This document shows positions 50,863-63,657 of a stretch of DNA of 64,000 nt, one piece after another. The DNA comes from Octopus vulgaris (taxonomy: Eukaryota): NCBI GenBank assembly GCA_951406725.2, contig OX597827.1, forward strand, positions 23,622,001 through 23,686,000, in the 5' to 3' direction. How positions within the stretch are numbered: the stretch's first letter is position 1; every line of letters begins with the position of its first letter. The notes under the pieces are model-generated. The model searched no databases. It had not been told where the DNA came from and saw nothing but the letters and a program-made list of their open reading frames with translations. The position numbers were made by a program, and so were the translations under genes.

Positions 50863-51030
50863 CCCCGCCCCATCGCTTGACAACCGATGCTGGTGCGTTT
50901 ACGTCCCCGTAAGCAAGCGGTTCGGCAAAAGAGACCGATAGAATAAATCCTGGGGTCGATTTGTTCGACTAAATGCAGTGCTCCAGCATGGCCACAGTCA
51001 AATGACTGAAACAAATAAAAGAAAAGAATA
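50860..51030 (+). mobile_element. SINE family B 3' module
   Basis: catcgcttgacaaccgatgctggtgcgtttacgtcccc...ccagcatggccacagtcaaatgactgaaac; similar modules at 39968-40115 (-) and 46260-46400 (+). Confidence 0.8.
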
Positions 51031-51042
51031 TATATATATATA

Positions 51043-51112
<70 letters not shown>

Positions 51113-53139
51113 GAGACAGAGACAGACAGACAGACAGATAGAGAAGGGGGTGCTTTTGGTCTCTAGCTATTTAAATTGTAAATGCGTTCTAATTACCAAT
51201 ACACAAAGACATCAAAAGATGATATTTCGATTTAGTCATGCCGCTATCCTATAACAGCATCATCACTGTTTATTACATTGATAAGGTGACACACGAATGT
51301 TCAAAAGGTCGATGGTTCGTATCTTGTCATCGTCATATTACGTTTAAATTATGGGAGGCTTTAGCATTTCGTGGCTCTGTTCAAATAATTGTAAATAGGT
51401 GTTATGACGATGTATATCTCACCGCTGCCTGTAGTGTGGGTACTTGGTATCTGGGGAGAATTTCGTTAGTTTACACTGATGTGTTATACGCCTACATATT
51501 AACCTTACTTTGATGTTCAAGTCCTATCACAGACTTATTCTAACCAAATCTATATCAACTAAACGTTAAAACAGTTTCGACAAAGTGTTTCCCTTTTTTT
51601 TTTTAAATGACGAGAGTAGCCATAAACCTTCTCAAGGCCTCCATAATCAGTTGGTGAAAGGTATAACTACCAGTTGGTGGCATTAGAGGGAACAACAAAT
51701 TGAGAGAGAGAGAGCTATCGAGAAACAGGGACTGCCACCACCATCCATCCCTCCACACACGCACAACCGATGAGTTTCCGAAAAGTTTCTATCCACCAAT
51801 TTGATCGACTCGTTGGATTTATAGAAAACATTTGTCCAAGATGCTGTGCAATAGAATGGGACGAGAGGTTAGGTAGTTGCGAAGCGAAATTCTTAAGCTC
51901 CACAGTGACCTGTAAGTTCATATTTGTAGCGGGGGAGCTGTCAGAACTGTGTACGATAAGTATTATTGACATTAAATGTACACACACGAAGTGTCACTCA
52001 GTGGCACAGCTGAACAAATTGAAGAAAAAGGTCACAGGACATCGAATTGTTTAAGAAAACCTATAAGGAAATATGAGAAATAAAGATCGTAAGAAATGTG
52101 GAGCAAAGTCCTGGTTATTATATGACACAGTGAGAGCGGGAGGGCTGTGTGAGCACAGTTCTAATATAAGAAGGGTGAGAGGGCTGTGTGTTTTTAATAT
52201 GCAAATGGTGAGAGTATTGCGTGTGCAGTTTTAATAGATGGAGAGTGAGAGGGTTGTATGTGCACAATTTTTCAACTCGTTGGCGCCCACTCTGGGTCGG
52301 ATATTAAAAGAAGATAATTTACGTTTTACTGCGTGTCTATGTGTGAATGTGTGTACACAGCTGTATAATTGAGTCGGGATGTGCAATGGGGCTGGTGGTT
52401 TATTCATGGTGATGATGACGGTTTATTCGTTGTGGTGTTGATGATGGTGATGGAAGTGGTGATGTTTGCTGCATTTAGTTTGTGAAAGAGTGGTGGTGGT
52501 GGTGGGAGGGGTTGTAAGAGTTATGTTATTAATAGTGGTGATGAGGATGGTGTTGATATGTTTTTATCGGCCTATTTACAACATAGGAAAAAAAAAGTAT
52601 CCACGTTTGAGAAGTTGTTCTATTTTAGGTTATCTTAATGCTGAAAGAGCACAGATGGCGTTAGAGGAGGGCTCAGGACTAACATTCTGTTTGTACAACT
52701 TTCTATCCACATCTTGGTTGGAAAATAACATCTACAACATGTCAGATAACAAGCGAGTCAACATGGGAGTCTCGATGCGGTCGCTCGACCGTCTAGAAAT
52801 AACAACCAAACCTCCCCTCAAATTGCACATTATTGTTTTTCAAAGGGAAAGGCATATTTAATAATGTAGTCCATGGTATACTATAGTTGAAGAAGAAAAA
52901 AGGGAGATATATAATTACGATTGAAACAGGTTTAACCATCATTTTATTTGATCAGGGGTAAACCCGGAAGTGGAATAAACAACAATGGTAGCAGCTCTGA
53001 ACATGCAAAGTACAACTAACAATTTTTGTGGGGCGCTACTGCTTCTCCATACACAAACATTGTGCACTGCTCCATCATCCTCAAAGGCTATCCTATTGAT
53101 TAGAAAACCTTCGATCGACCAACACATTGCTACAGTCAT

Positions 53140-54240
53140 TGGCTACTGACTCACTGTGTCTTCTCTTTATTTGCTCTACCGCTTCTAAAACAGTTACTGC
53201 TCACCTAAATTAAGAACACTGTACCTCTCTGCCGATGTCCATCAAATGTAGTTACATCTTTCGGCGTTCCTTCTGCCTCTGCACTCTCCCCTACTCACCA
53301 AACCCCGAATCAGCAAATGCTGTACCTCCCGGATCAACCCCTTCCAATATAGCCGCCTCTCTAACACCATCTCTCTATACTAAACACTCACTGATTCTGG
53401 CTACCAACAACTGAAACCATCCAGAACTCCCCCCCTTGTTCACCTTGCAATATATCAACCATAACAGGTTCATTGTCATATACCTCACCAACCCGGCAGT
53501 TCTGCGCCCTTTCCGTCAACTAAATAAACTTTAGAAAATAAACACCACATTACAAACAGCAATAAGCTCCGTGTGTTTGATCTGCATGGAGAATGAACGA
53601 CATTGCTACATTCGATCCACCTCCTTTCTCACATGGTAATGTTGTTGTGGAGCTCCGGTAAGTCCGACCTAACACACCATAGTTATCTCTTTGTATAAGA
53701 ACTTGGTGTAACCAGAGATCTATGTTCCATAATAAACCATATCCTTCACACGACACTTGTCCTTGATGTGTCTTTCATACAGTGCGCCCCAAAGGTGGCT
53801 CCAACCCTGACCAAACTTTTCAATCTCTCCCTATGGGATTCTATATCAATATTTGGAAAAACACAAAAATGTGCTCCTCCCCTCAAACTTTGAAAACTAC
53901 CAATGTGTTTAAGTTCACTTCCAACAATCTAGTGATCACCTCTTTCATCATCACCTTCAGTCTCGATCTCTTCTCACTGACCACTTGTATGGCACCTTGA
54001 CTTCCTTAAAGTCAGATCTGCCGGAGACCTTCTCTCCATATCATTCACTAGTGGGTCCCCTTACCCTTCAGATCTGAAAGCTTTCCCGTAGTAATACTAC
54101 TTCACTTCACATCAACAAGGATTATAAGCATGTCTGGCCTATCCATGGTTTACATCTGTCTGTCATTTATTGCCGAAGATACCGATGGGACGCCTCCTTG
54201 TCAACACTCTTCCTTTTCTACATTGTTAGCCAACGAGGAA
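53140..54240 (+). pseudogene. Highly decayed LINE (Jockey/CR1-like) EN-RT relic
   Basis: QCAPKVAPTLTKLFNLSL, HHLQSRSLLTDHLYG, RSAGDLLS and INKDYKHVW (ISKAFDRVW-like) in RT order. Confidence 0.55.
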
Positions 54241-54909
54241 TCCTCTGCTTGATCGCTCACCCTGCTAGAAAAAGCAGGCAAATCTTCCTTAACTTACTTA
54301 CATCATACAGTCAGTAAAAACACATAAAAAGGAATGTATGTCTTTGACCATTGTTCTACCTAATTCATAGACGATATCATACCTTTACTGGTCGTTACAT
54401 AGCCTAAACACTTGACACATAATACAGGAGTCGAGCTTTGAGCATTTAGACACACAGCTAAACACTGAAATAGTTTGATGACCGTGTTTCCACCCAAGTA
54501 ATGGCTGACAGCATTAATGTTTGATGTTGAAAGTAATTAAAGAGATGTTGAAACAGTCTTCTTTGTTATAGAACACGACCGAAATTTCACTGACGGTTGT
54601 TCATTTTATGACTCATTGCTTTCTTTTAATTGCTCATGTGAGACTGACACAGAAGCTTTTAAGATGATATACTGGCTGATGCGATATTTTTAAGATAGAA
54701 ATCTTCGCTTTTAAAGAGTGATAGAGAGTGTGGGTAGGGATTTACGAAAGTTGATGTTTCGTCTAAATGTCAACCTCCGCGCCTCTTCCATTTTTTAAAT
54801 TTAATATTTTAATTAATTTCTTGAAAGTTCTTTGCTGTTGCAAGCTTAAATTTACTTAAACATACAACGACTCAATGATTTTACCTATCACATACATACA
54901 TAGCACCCT

Positions 54910-55930
54910 AGACTGCACTCAAACATGTCTCCCTCTGTACTTCTATACTTATCCCCTCATTTGATGTCCGTGAGCATAATTTCTCAAAATCTCTACTGTT
55001 TGATCTCTCGTCCTCAGACGTCTGCGAGCCCTTGACTATTATTGTAAACAACGCCTGCTTCTGTTTCTGCGGCTCCACTTATAAAGAGACATTACAACTA
55101 TCGATGGGGTCAAGTCCATTAAGTTCACTAGTCATATACGGACCAGCTTGAGTACAGTGTTATTAACACTGCTTGCTATTCCAGCGCTTTCTTCTCCACA
55201 ATATGGCATCAATGAAATCGACCACATAGGATCTTCACTCCCTTTCTCTCCTCGATTTCCGATTCAAAATCACAGAGAAGGCATCCATTAATACGAATTT
55301 TCACATAGAAGCCGCTTGAGTCTATTTATGCATTACAGGTCATCTCTACCAGCAAGCTAATATTAAGGCCGACTTCATACGGAATGAAATCTCCCGTTAA
55401 ATATACAGCGAAGAACAGCCAGTATCAATCACTTCTAAGGATATTAGTGAATAATAAATTTCGTGCACCCTTTACCAGATACTGATCCGGTATTGAATCC
55501 TCAAAGAAGGTTCACATCCCCAATAACAGCATTTACTTTCTAAAACTATCGCGCTTGGATTAAAGAACCACCGCTGCAATCCACCAGACGATTCTGAAGG
55601 AGGGACGGGACATACAACTGGCGAACTGTGTGTCTTCTTTGGGAAAATGCTTGTCTTAGAATCAGCCTTCATAAAGCAGTACTATAAGCTCACTGGCAAG
55701 CTAACCTATCAACGATGTAGCGTCTAATAATGTAGTGGATCTCACTCTGTAAGAACCGCTCATGAACTCCACATTCATATAAAGGACATATTCATACAAA
55801 AGTTTCTTCTGTTGGAAACATCTCCAGAAATGTCTCAAGCCAGAACGGAATATTGGGAGTTTTAAAAAAGGCCATTTGTTTTAATAAATTAAATCCCTCT
55901 ATCAACAACAGGCAAGAGGTAAACGACACC
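54910..55930 (+). pseudogene. Highly decayed Penelope-like RT + GIY-YIG relic
   Basis: VSLCTSI, VNNACFCFCGSTYKETLQLSMGSSPLS (F.F.G..Y.Q..G..MGSPLS), FMHYRS, YKLTGK and LKKAICFNKLNPSINNRQE in PLE order. Confidence 0.55.
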
Positions 55931-57035
55931 AGTTAATATAATATCAACAATCTGCAATATTCTTCCAATGAGTGAGCCTTTACAATCCAAAAAATAACAA
56001 CCAAATCTCTTCTGTAAATACCGCCTTAAAGAGGGACGGATAGATTAAGCTAAAGGGGTGCTAGATTCAACAATCTAGAAAGAAAAAAAACGATGAGATG
56101 ATCATAATTATGGCGTCCTTGATCATTAGTATGCGCAGAACAATTCAAAAATAGTTACACATTCGACCTTTTGATTTCACGATTATCTCTTTGATGTAGT
56201 AGTAGCAGCAGTAGCAGCAGTAGCAGTAGTAGTAGTAGTAGTAGTAGAACTTTGAGGGATCTGGACTCAACCATCTGCAATTTAAATGTAGTGGATTTAT
56301 TCTTATTTATTTAATTATTTTACTTACATCCCCCTTGTGTCCTTCCGTCGGTTCTAAATTACTCACATCCCGTCATTATACACAGCAACTTAAACTATGG
56401 CAATATATATATGTGTGTGTGTGTGTGTGGTTGTTAGTGATGGCGGAAATAATCAGTTTATGGACACCAGACAATTGTTTTCAGCAGACAGTGGGAGGGC
56501 TAAAATATTGAATTGAAAACAAAATGAATGGATAGAATAAATTGTAAAAATAAAGATGAAATAATTTCTAAAATCGTTGCCGTCGTAGAATAAAGATAAG
56601 CCAGCAACTAAGCTAGATTGGGATTTACTTTCGAATCTGGTTCTGAATGAATCCATTTTATAATTGCATTGCAAACTATTTGCCATTAGTGTTGTTGAAG
56701 GACAATGAATGGAATCAATGGCGATATTTAGTTATGGACCTTTGCCGCCTTAATTCAAATCCTGCCGTGATAAAATTTTGCTTTTCGTTCATCTGATATC
56801 GATGGAATAAAGTACTAAAGTCGATTTAATCGACTAACCCCTTCCTACGAGTATGTTATCGTGCTTGTGCCTATGTTAGAAATGGTTATTAAAAGACGGT
56901 GATTCGGGAGAGCAACATACAAAATGTTTTGCGGAATTTTGTTGCGTACCTTTGCATTCTGGTTTCTCCAGTTCCACTCCTATCTGTATATAACTTGGAG
57001 AGGAATTGACACCACTAAAATAACCTAACTCTAGA

Positions 57036-57179
57036 ACATTATTTACACTAGACGGATATTTGTCCTCATCTTGTTTGTTGTTAACACAACGTTTCGGCTG
57101 ATATGCCCTCCAGCCTTCATCGAGTGTCCTAGGAATTTTCGAACCTGGGTTCTCATTCCGAAGGTATTCTTCGATGTTG

Positions 57180-57213
<34 letters not shown>

Positions 57214-57290
57214 AGTCACTGCTTGGAAGCGAACTCGGAATCTTGGGGTTAGTGGCTCGCACTCTTAATTACTACGCCATAGAACTGTGT
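57036..57290 (-). mobile_element. Family H retroposon, complete: tRNA-like head + (TAA)n + hammerhead body, 10-bp TSD
   Basis: Minus strand A-box-like tggcgtagtaatt, B-box-like gagttcgcttcc, (taa)n, then body; TSD taactctaga at 57026-57035 and 57291-57300. Confidence 0.85.
57083..57128 (-). ncRNA. Family H hammerhead motif with mutated core (UCGAUGA)
   Basis: GACAC UCGAUGA A GGCUG GAGGGCAUAU CAGCC GAAA CG UU GUGUU. Confidence 0.65.
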
Positions 57291-58665
57291 TAACTCTAGA
57301 TATTATACACTACAAAAACATGGCGTCTTCCGTAATGCTCCAATGACCAAAAAGAATTGAGATTATGAGACAACACGTATACTAACAAGGTTATTAGGCA
57401 TGTCAGCTACCTGACGGAAATACGTGATGTCAGTAAAAAGACGACATTATTTTTTTTCATACGAATGAGAAGATGAAGGATAAGGAGAATGTCTATGATC
57501 TCCTCTGAAGATGATGGAAGGGAAAGACCTGCCCTGAATACTGTGACAAAGTGGACTCCACTAAAGGTGCCTGATGGCAAAGTGGTGTTAAATCAGATGA
57601 ACGTTTAAGTCTACCACCCCAAACCGGAACGGTTTATCCGACGGGCCTCTATAGTTTGTTTACCAAATTCCACGCACAATACTTTGGTAGACCCATGACT
57701 ATGGTGGAGAATACTACATCACCCAGAGTGCAATGTTGTGGGATTGAATCGAAATTAACATAATTGCAAAACGAACTTCTTAACCTCACGATCATACTTG
57801 CATCTTGTTCGCCTATCAATCCTCTTAACTGCTTAAAAATAGTTAATAAAATCAATACTGTAGTCACAGACAACACTAGGTAGAAATAGGTACCAGCTCA
57901 AGTGTGGTTCAATCTCAGATCACAGTCCTCTTAGCTGTCAGAAATGTGTATGAGCAGTCTAATAACAGCAGTGTATGTGTCATGGCCAGTGTGTTGAACA
58001 GTCTATTCCATGCTAATTATCATTTAGACAACATACTTTACCATGCCTAAAATTTTACTTTAAATATATGCTGAATATTGGTTCTATAATGCCTTAAGGC
58101 TACAACTGATTCCATTGCAGCCAAAATAAGTGATTCTTTACATTTTCTCCTGTTGAAACATTTTGGATTTTCTGTTCATATTGTAAGTTTTATTGTTATT
58201 TTATTTTTTTTAGTTTCCCTTCTCCTCTTCCCATCACTCACTCTCTGACTCATGCACTCTCATCGTTACCTTACCCTTACATCACATTCTCTCTTTTCCT
58301 TCGTCTCCTCACCCCTTTTCACTCCCACCTCTATTCCTGACCCTTCTTTACCCCTCCACCCCACCTCACCCGCGCCTGTATTACCACCACAACCCTCATC
58401 CTCCAACTCCTTTTCTTCTACCACCTTTCTCCTTCTCTTCCAACAAACACACACATGCGCGCACACACATACATATATAAGCACACACAAACACACATAT
58501 AAGCACACACACACACACATATCAACAGTCGATCATCGTCTGCTTCTTCCAGACGTAAACTCTTCCCCCTCCTTCCTCCACAACATCTACTCCCACCCAT
58601 ACTCCTTCTTCAATACCACTTACACCCTATTCCTCATGTACACGTGCACACACACGCACACACAC

Positions 58666-58703
<38 letters not shown>

Positions 58704-59292
58704 ACACTGATCGTCTGCTCCTTCCAAATGTAATGGCCTTTCCCTTTCCTGTTTTATTTTCCCGCTTTCCCCCATTTTCTTCCGACATGTCTCACCGAGT
58801 CTATCCAAGTTTGTCATACCAACACGATGACACTACTTGCCTTTCTCTGGAATGCAACATATGCGCATTCCGATCATTTCGTTGCACACAAATTGTTTTG
58901 CACGCAGCAGCAGACATGCGTCTGGAAGCGCGCGCGCGTGTGTATTTGTGTGTGCATGTATGTGTCTGTCTGTTTTATGTATTTGTGTGTGAGTATGTGT
59001 GTGTGTGTGTTTATATTGTGTGTGTGTGTGTATGTGAAATTATGTTCATGTGAATTATTTATGTATGCGTGCATGTGAGTGGAAATGCATTGATGTATAT
59101 TTGAGAGTCTGTATTTATGTGTGTGTATAAGTTTGGTCGTACAAATAGGATAAAAAGAACTCGTGAATATTTATAGATATATATTAATCGGCCGAAATTC
59201 CGTCAGTGTCAAAGACCATGAACGAAGCTGTCGATCCATGAGTCACTTTGTAACTCCTGCCAATTAAAAATTATATATATATGTGTGTGTGT

Positions 59293-59336
<44 letters not shown>

Positions 59337-59508
59337 ATGCATGCATACATGGATGTATGTATATATGTATGCATGTGTGTTTTAATGTTTGTTTTTCTAA
59401 GTCGAGTTATAATAAAAATAATTTTACATTAAACTGAAGTGTTACTCAATACTTCATAGAGTAGCTTTTTTATTTAGCTTCTTTTTTTTTTACAAGCATA
59501 GTGGTTGA

Positions 59509-59553
59509 CTGTGACTTCGAAGTTTCGGCCTGCTTAGCCTTCATCTTGCACAA
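59509..59553 (-). ncRNA. Degenerate hammerhead motif, same family as 33704-33767
   Basis: AAGAUGA A GGCU AAGCA GGCC GAAA CUUCGAAG UC ACAG; C3/U4 lost. Confidence 0.45.
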
Positions 59554-59566
59554 ATACACATACATA

Positions 59567-59616
<50 letters not shown>

Positions 59617-60010
59617 TGTATATATATATATATGTATGTATGTATATGTGTGTGTGTGTATACAGCGAGAGAGGCAGAGTGAGACATAGTCAGGGAGATG
59701 TGTGGAAGTTTACGAATGTTAAAATGTTTTTGTGCGTCATTGTTATAAGTTGGTTTAGTGTACCATTCAAACTTTTATGCGTGTATAATATTTATACATG
59801 GGAGTATTGATCAGTATGTGTGTGTGCGTGTTAAAGAGAGAGATTGTGTGCCCCAGCATGGCCACAGCCTCTGGCTGAAAAATGACAATGGAGTAATAGA
59901 ATGTGTGGAAAGGAGAGAATCTGTGGCATACGTGTGTGAAAATGTACGATACGAAATATGAGTGACAGAATGTGTGTTTGAGCGCTTGTGTATGTACTTC
60001 TTACATTATA

Positions 60011-60245
60011 ATACCTATTTCTTTATTGCCCACAAGGGGCTAAACACAGAGAGGACAAACAAGGACAGACAAACGGATTAAGTCGATTATATCGACCCCA
60101 GTGCGTAACTGGTACTTATTTAATCGAGACCGAAAGGATGAAAGGCAAAGTCGACCTCGGTGGAATTTGAACTCAGAACGTAGCGGCAGACGAAATACCT
60201 CTAAGCATTTCACCCGGCGTTCTGTCGATTCTGCCAACTCACCGC
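60011..60245 (-). mobile_element. SINE family A
   Basis: Full reverse-complement match. Confidence 0.9.
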
Positions 60246-60257
60246 AACGTTATATGA

Positions 60258-60297
<40 letters not shown>

Positions 60298-61049
60298 GTC
60301 TGATTTTATCATTTCCTCCATCCATTCTTTATTTGTCTCATTAATGTGTGTGTGCAGGCCATGCGTGTGTGTGTGTGTGTATGTATGTTTGCATGCGTGT
60401 GTGTATACGTATGGCTTTGTGTGAGTCATTTCCGCCCACCAACACTTCACATTCTTGCTAATTCAGTGCATGTATGTAATGTGTGTGTGTATGTGTATAT
60501 GTGTGTGTGTGTGCATGCGCGCGTGTGCGTGTGCGTGTTTATGTGTTGCATGTATATACGTTTGTATGCATGTATGATATGTATGTTTGTATCCAGGCAT
60601 GCATTGTATTGTTCCTGTGTATGCATGCCTGCATGCATGCTTTAATTTTCCTTGAGTTTATATCATGACTGACCACCTGCCTAGTAACCAGCTTGTAAAG
60701 AAAGGATCTTCTATTTGTCATTCTTTTGTGCAAATCACCCACCCATCCATTCATCCATCCATCCACCTACCCATCCACCAATCCATCCACCCACTCATCC
60801 ATCCATTCACCCATCCATCCATCCATCCATTCCTTCATTCATTCATTCATTCATTCAGCCTTTAAAGTTTTAAAACCTTGTAGAATATTATTTCTTTATT
60901 AAAACCTTGTAGAATATGATTGTTCCAAGCCATCGTGATTGCTTGCAGAATACCAATTCTGTCAGTACTTCGGTACAGGCATAATGAAGGAATGTGGCCT
61001 TGTCCAGGCATGGACATCCATTATCAGGAAGCAGGTCACATAAGATATC

Positions 61050-61408
61050 TTTTTATTTTTTATATTTTGTTTCAGCCGTTTGTCTGTGGCCATGCTGGGG
61101 CACCGCCTTGAAGAATTTTTAATTAAATCAACCCTAGGACTTTAAAAAAAAAAAAATTGTACTAATTCTATCATTTTCTTCTGCCGAACCACTAAGTTAT
61201 GGGGATGTAAACAAACCAACACCAGTTGTCAACTGGTGTTGGGGATAAACACAGATACAAAGACACACACACACATATATACAATGGGCCTTGTGAGTGG
61301 ATTTGGTAGTTTCCGTCTACCAGATCCACTTACAAATCTTTAATTGGCTCGAAGCTGTAGTGGAAGACACTTGCCCAAGGTGCTACACAGTGGGACTGAA
61401 CCCAGAAC
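61050..61408 (-). mobile_element. SINE family B, interrupted by a family C insertion
   Basis: Match to 29430-29795; head continues at ~61765-61795. Confidence 0.8.
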
Positions 61409-61411
61409 CGT

Positions 61412-61745
61412 CATCATCATCATCATCGTTTAACGCCCGCTTTTCATGCTAGCACGGGTTGGACGATTTGACTGAGGTCTGGCAAACCAGATGGCTGCAC
61501 CAGACTCCAATCTGATCTGGCAGTGTTTCTACAGCTGGATGCCCTTCCTAACGCCAACCACTCCATGAGTGTAGTGGGTGCTTTTACGTGCCACCAGCAC
61601 GAGGGCCAGTCAGGCGGTACTGGCAACGGCCATGCTCAAATGGTGCTTTTTATGTGCTACCTGCACAGGAGCCAGTCCAGCGGCACTGGTAACGACCCCG
61701 CTCGAATGTTTTTTCTTCACGTGCCACCAACACAAGTGCTAGTAA
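61412..61745 (-). mobile_element. Family C retroposon
   Basis: (cat)n cgtttaacgcccgcttttcatgctagcacggg...ggatgcccttcctaacgccaacc. Confidence 0.85.
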
Positions 61746-61889
61746 GGCGACCTTGTGTTTCAGAAACAAGCTTCTTACCACACAGCTATACCTGCTCCTC
61801 ATCATCAGGCCGGTCACACTACAAAAATAATTGAAGCTGATTTTTCATTGATGAACCATTTAGAAAAATACTGCAAGCCTGGCCCAGTT

Positions 61890-62140
61890 GGTGAGTGTGT
61901 TATGCTCATTATTGTAATGTTGTGGGTTCAATTCCTGGCCTAACCAATGTGTTGTAGCTTTGAGCAAAACACTTCATTTCGCATTTCACAGTCTACTCAA
62001 CTGTAATGACTATCAACCCAGTGCCAGTGCAGCCTTCTCTCTCCCCTTAGCTGTCACACTCTGGATGCTTTGTGAGTCGAAGGGTGGGAAAACCAAGAGG
62101 GTGTTTGTGTTTACTTGAGACTCCACAGACACCTGAAAGA
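61890..62140 (+). mobile_element. SINE family D relative, degraded
   Basis: gtgggttcaattcctg...ttgagcaaaacacttcatttc...cagtctactcaactg. Confidence 0.55.
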
Positions 62141-62342
62141 ATTAGTGAAAGTACAGTACATGTTATTAAGCCATTATGTCCTCACAGGAGATTGATAACT
62201 ATACTGAGCTTAGGTAATTGGAGGCTTTCAATCAGTTACATTGCATAACTTAAAGTGCCGGTAAAAAAAATGCCTGATTCTTAATATGAATTCATGTGTT
62301 GAAACAAACCTTGTGTTTTGGTGGGGTCATTATGCCAATAAT

Positions 62343-62382
<40 letters not shown>

Positions 62383-62649
62383 GTTCAATATCACTTCTTT
62401 ATTGTTTGTCAATTGGTTAAATATCTAACCGACAAATTGATCGTTTGTTGAATGTGCCGGTTAAATGGTTATTACTGTTGTATTTCCTCGTCATATAGAT
62501 GTCAGACGAGCGGCTAACTTCGCATTATAGCTTGTTACAATTTTGTACTTCCAGACAACAATATTATACTGGGTGTATTCTAATTTCTATATTTTAGAGA
62601 TGAGGAATTCTGTACATTGGATGGATATGTCCTCATCTAGTTTGTTGTA

Positions 62650-62695
62650 ACCACAACGTTTCGGCTGATTTACTCTCCAGCCTTCATCAGGTGTC
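62650..62695 (-). ncRNA. Family H hammerhead, intact core
   Basis: GACAC CUGAUGA A GGCUG GAGAGUAAAU CAGCC GAAA CG UU GUGGU (one stem I mismatch). Confidence 0.75.
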
Positions 62696-62781
62696 CTGAG
62701 GAAATTTTGAGCCCAACCCTGGGTTCTCATTCCCAAAGTAATTTTTTTTTTGCTGGTGTTATTATTATTATTATTATTATT

Positions 62782-63347
62782 GAGTGAGAGAGCAGTGCAT
62801 ACCATCAAAATGACATTGGGGTAAAATATACGAAGCCCAGTATACCCATCATGACTACCCGTCTGATAAGGGTACACCAGGCACATGCATCACAACTAAA
62901 TGTGTGCGACATGGTGATCTCATATCAAGATAAACAGCGCATGACCTTGCAGATGGGGCCCAGTTAGAATTTTCTTCTGGTCGGGTAACCCATCCCACTC
63001 AAAAGGTCCCTGCTTAAGGGTTGTTTAAGGATGTTGAATGAAACACCCGTGTTTCCAAAGGTGAATTATTCAAACCCCAAAGAATTCCTCTCAACACATG
63101 GCTATGATGCTCCCCCACTACTTCTGCTCATGATCAGAGATGCACATATCGTCAGCCACTAAGGGACATGGTCAACTGGTTAAGGTCAAACAACTGACAA
63201 GCAAATCTGTGGTGTTGAGCAGAATATTTGCTGTAGCCCATCTTTTATACCAAGGCAAAACAATGTACATGATATCACTTCCAATCAAAGATTAGAAGCC
63301 ATGAGTAGAAGCCATGAGAGCCACTGTCTGGTACTGCATCAAAGCAT
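62782..63347. mobile_element. ~565-bp unclassified element inserted in a (TTA)n microsatellite
   Basis: Flanked by (tta)n on both sides; splits the family H linker. Confidence 0.6.
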
Positions 63348-63348
63348 A

Positions 63349-63399
<51 letters not shown>

Positions 63400-63610
63400 C
63401 ATTATTATTATCATTATTATTATTATTATCATTATTATTATTATTTTTTCAAGGCACTGCCTGGAATTGAACTCAGAATCCTGTGGTTCAATTCCGAGTT
63501 CAATTCCAGGCAGTGCCTTAAATAAATAAATAATAATAATAATAACAATAACACCAGCAAAAAAATACCTTAGGAATGAGAACCCAGGGCTGGGTTCAAA
63601 ATTCCGCCAT

Positions 63611-63657
63611 GACACCTGATGAAGGCTTGGAGAGTAAATCAGCCGAACCATTGTGAT
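63611..63657 (+). ncRNA. Family H hammerhead, degenerate (GAAC-CA-UU)
   Basis: GACAC CUGAUGA A GGCUUG GAGAGUAAAU CAGCC GAAC CA UU GUGAU. Confidence 0.55.

Noticed and set aside
57210-57282. tRNA gene (also heads at ~13620-13682 and ~27870-27942)
   Set aside because: No acceptor stem or complete cloverleaf; these are SINE heads
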